64,000 nucleotides of DNA, taken from the NCBI GenBank assembly GCA_046757685.1, contig JBHHYV010000005.1, positions 374-64,373 of the forward strand, given 5' to 3'. The notes under the pieces were generated by a model. The model was not told the origin of the DNA and searched no databases. It saw only the letters and a program-made list of their open reading frames with translations. This stretch comes from Myxococcota bacterium (GTDB taxonomy: Bacteria > Myxococcota_A > UBA9160 > SZUA-336). A program made the translations under genes and the position numbers. Below, in pieces: positions 61,368-64,000 of this stretch (position 1 is the stretch's first letter; each line of letters begins with the position of its first letter).

Positions 61368-61948
61368 GGCGGCTCGAGGCGGGTGAGATCCTGGACCTCA
61401 CGGCGTACGAGAAGGTTCGCGACGCGTTCCGCTCCCGGATCATCGCACTCAAGAACGATCGTCGGGTCGCGGTGGGCGATCGGCTGAGCTTTCTGTTCGA
61501 GAACCGGGACACGGTCTCGCTCCAGGTCCACGAGATGATCCGGACGGAACGACTCGTCGACCCCGAGGCGATTGCGCAGGAGCTCGAGATCTACAACGAG
61601 CTGATTCCCAAAGATGGGGAGCTCTCGGCGACCCTGATGATCGAGATTCCCGATGCGGGGGACATCCGGACGCAGCTCGATCGCCTGATCGGAATCGATG
61701 AGCACGTGCATCTCGATATCGGTGCCGAGTCCGTGCAGGCCACCTTCGATCCCAAGCAGTTCGAGGAGGACCGGATCTCGGCGGTCCAGTACGTGCGCTT
61801 CCCGCTCGGACCGAGGCTGGCGAGGGACTTCGTGGACCCTCGGATCGAGATCCGGCTTCGCGTCGCACATCCGGCCTACGTCGCCTCGACGACGCTCGGC
61901 GAGGCGACCCGCCGCGCGCTCGCGCGCGACCTGCTCCCCGAGGGCTGA
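61364..61948 (+). CDS. DUF3501-family protein
   Basis: 194 aa [64 protein letters not shown]...; start overlaps upstream stop (ATGA). Confidence 0.65.
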   Translation: MRRLEAGEILDLTAYEKVRDAFRSRIIALKNDRRVAVGDRLSFLFENRDTVSLQVHEMIRTERLVDPEAIAQELEIYNELIPKDGELSATLMIEIPDAGDIRTQLDRLIGIDEHVHLDIGAESVQATFDPKQFEEDRISAVQYVRFPLGPRLARDFVDPRIEIRLRVAHPAYVASTTLGEATRRALARDLLPEG

Positions 61949-62024
61949 GAGGGCTCGTTCACGCCCTCGCTCCCCCTCGGGAAGCACATCGGTCTACACT
62001 TCCGACACAATCCTGGGAGGACAC

Positions 62025-63170
62025 ATGGCAGGACCCCTGACGGGAATCCGGGTGATCGAGCTCCAGGGCATCGGGCCCGGACCCTTCTGCGGAATGATGC
62101 TGGCCGACATGGGGGCGGAGATCTTGCGGATCGATCGCGCATCGAGCGTTCCCTCGCAGCCGCCCGAGGGCAGGCGCGCCGACATTCTCGGCCGAGGTCG
62201 CCGCAGCGTCGCCGTGGACCTCAAGCGCGCAGACGGGGTCGAGACGGTCCTGCGCCTGGTCGAGCGTGCCGATGTGATCTACGAGGGCTTCCGGCCCGGG
62301 GTCGCGGAGCGCCTGGGCGTGGGGCCCCAGGTCTGCCTGGAGCGCAACCCGCGCATCGTCTACGGCCGCATGACGGGCTGGGGGCAGGAGGGTCCGCTGG
62401 CGCAGGCCGCAGGGCACGACATCAACTACATCGCGCTGAGCGGCGCGCTCCACGCGATCGGCCGGGCCGGAGAACGTCCCGTTCCACCGCTCAACCTCGT
62501 CGGTGACTTCGGAGGCGGGGGGATGCTCCTCGCCTACGGCATCGTCTGCGCGCTCGTCGAGCGGGCGACCTCGGGCCGGGGTCAGGTCGTCGATGCGGCG
62601 ATGGTCGACGGCTCGGCGGCCCTGATGGCGATCATCTATGGAATGGCCAGCCTCGGCTTGTGGCGCGACGAGCGGGGAGTGAACCTGCTCGACACCGGTG
62701 CCCACTTCTACGACACCTACGAGACGCGCGACGGCAAGTACGTCTCGATCGGATCCATCGAGCCGCAGTTCTACGCCCTTCTCCTGCAGCTCACGGGCCT
62801 CGAGGGCGAGGATCTGCCGCGCCAGAACGACCGCACCGCGTGGCCCGCGATGCACGAGCGCCTGGCCGAGATCTTCCGGACCAAGACGCGCGACGAGTGG
62901 TGCGAGATCATGGAGGGCACCGACGTCTGCTTCGCGCCCGTACTCTCCCTCTCCGAGGCGCCCCAGTCGGCCCACGCCCGGGCTCGCAACACCTTCCGCG
63001 AGATCGACGGCGTCATCCAGCCGGCACCGGCCCCTCGATTCAGCCGCACGCGTCCCGAGCTGGACCGCCCGCCGGCCTACCCGGGGGAGCACACGGAGCC
63101 CGCGCTGCTCGAGTGGGGCTTCGAGCCCCACGAGATCGAACGCCTCCGGGAGGCCAAGGCCATCGTCTGA
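62025..63170 (+). CDS. CoA-transferase family III (CaiB/BaiF; alpha-methylacyl-CoA racemase-like)
   Basis: C-terminal ~381 aa of track ORF 61698..63170 from [38 protein letters not shown]; catalytic Asp region ...[13 protein letters not shown]. Confidence 0.85.
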   Translation: MAGPLTGIRVIELQGIGPGPFCGMMLADMGAEILRIDRASSVPSQPPEGRRADILGRGRRSVAVDLKRADGVETVLRLVERADVIYEGFRPGVAERLGVGPQVCLERNPRIVYGRMTGWGQEGPLAQAAGHDINYIALSGALHAIGRAGERPVPPLNLVGDFGGGGMLLAYGIVCALVERATSGRGQVVDAAMVDGSAALMAIIYGMASLGLWRDERGVNLLDTGAHFYDTYETRDGKYVSIGSIEPQFYALLLQLTGLEGEDLPRQNDRTAWPAMHERLAEIFRTKTRDEWCEIMEGTDVCFAPVLSLSEAPQSAHARARNTFREIDGVIQPAPAPRFSRTRPELDRPPAYPGEHTEPALLEWGFEPHEIERLREAKAIV

Positions 63171-63180
63171 TCCAGGACGG

Positions 63181-64000
63181 CTACTTCGTGTCGCGCTCCC
63201 GCACGAACTCGACCAGTCCGCGCACCAGCGCGCTCTGGCTGGCTCCGCCGAAGACCTGCTTCAGATCTTCGTAGAGCGTCGGGTCGTTGATCAACGCGCC
63301 CACCGTGCCGTCTCCGCGGTCGATCTTCGCCAGGATGCTGTTCAGTCGGGCCAGCGCGGGCTCCTGTCCCTTCTCGGAGTAGACGAGCCCGTGCAGGACC
63401 CCGTGCCCGTTCTGGACCTCCTCGACCAGGCTCCGCAGACCCTCGGCGGTTCCCCGGAGCTCTCGGATCACCTCCGCGCCCGACTCGTCGTAGAAGAGCG
63501 CGTGCACCAGCCCGTCCTCTTCCTCGACGCTGCGAACCAGGCGGTCCATTGCCGCGATCAGACGAGCCAGGCTCTCGCTTCCCATCTCGCGATCGAAGGT
63601 CTCGGCGATCCGATCCGCCGTGCTCGTCAGCTGCACCAGGTTGTCCAGCAGCGCGCGGCCCTTGCTCGCCAGCTCCGAGAAGGTCGCCGCTTCCTGGGTC
63701 TGGATCCGGCTGCCCGGCGGCAGCCCGGGAGCGTCCAGCGTGCCGATCGAGATCTCGACGTATTTGTCCCCGAGCAGGCCGATCGTCCCGATCAGGGCGG
63801 TGGAGTCCGAGCGGATTCGCGACTGGACCGACGCATCCAGCTCCATGGCGACGCGAATCGGTCGCGGCGCACCGGGCTGGAGAAACTCGATCGAGCGAAC
63901 CCGCCCCACGTTGTTGCCCGCCAGATGCACCGGCGCGTTCACGGTCAGTCCCTCGATGTTCGTGAACTCCGCGTAGAGCGTATAGCGGGGCGAGAAGAGC
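63181..64000 (-). CDS. MCE/MlaD-family protein, 5' end beyond window (partial)
   Basis: Track ORF 63181..63942, but the frame stays open to the window end (..LFSPRYTLYAEFTNIEGLTVNAPVHLAGNNVGRVRSIEF...), typical Mce/MlaD domain then a coiled C-terminal region. Confidence 0.7.
   Translation of the reverse strand, partial: LFSPRYTLYAEFTNIEGLTVNAPVHLAGNNVGRVRSIEFLQPGAPRPIRVAMELDASVQSRIRSDSTALIGTIGLLGDKYVEISIGTLDAPGLPPGSRIQTQEAATFSELASKGRALLDNLVQLTSTADRIAETFDREMGSESLARLIAAMDRLVRSVEEEDGLVHALFYDESGAEVIRELRGTAEGLRSLVEEVQNGHGVLHGLVYSEKGQEPALARLNSILAKIDRGDGTVGALINDPTLYEDLKQVFGGASQSALVRGLVEFVRERDTK

Overview
High-GC (~70%) bacterial chromosome segment, gene-dense, mostly transcribed on the minus strand. 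Gene content points to a Deltaproteobacteria/Myxococcota-like organism (inference): IF3 with an acidic C-terminal tail, an MglA-family GTPase, REC-DUF4388 proteins, IcmF. Housekeeping backbone on the minus strand: guaB-guaA-dnaE, then thrS-infC-rpmI-rplT-pheS-pheT-ihfA-merR, plus miaB, rnc-era, mnmA, a cysteine desulfurase, lysC-tsaE-nnr. Interspersed accessory modules: (i) a REC/GGDEF-like -> REC/DUF4388 -> cNMP-binding signalling operon; (ii) a ribBA-padR-moxR-vWA operon; (iii) an orphan MglA-like GTPase; (iv) an acyl-CoA cluster (meaB, methylmalonyl-CoA mutase, fused IcmF, AGE-family epimerase, carboxyltransferase, hbd, thiolase); (v) an envelope redox/metal-stress island, the most unusual part: ECF sigma/DUF1109 anti-sigma, two matching ECF-type promoter motifs, DUF3179, a secreted c-type cytochrome built from Cys-rich NPC/CxxC tandem repeats, a 5-heme cytochrome lipoprotein, a periplasmic thioredoxin/DsbD-like protein, PerR-like Fur, rubrerythrin, a CCG-domain Fe-S protein and DUF3501. 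A candidate small RNA with a near-consensus sigma70 promoter and a GC hairpin lies in the miaB/vWA intergenic region. No tRNA, rRNA, CRISPR or IS elements were seen. The ORF track misses the first gene (1..2533, minus strand) because it runs off the window edge. Many long plus-strand ORFs are antisense artefacts of GC-rich coding DNA. Hand-derived coordinates are approximate (about +/-2 nt).
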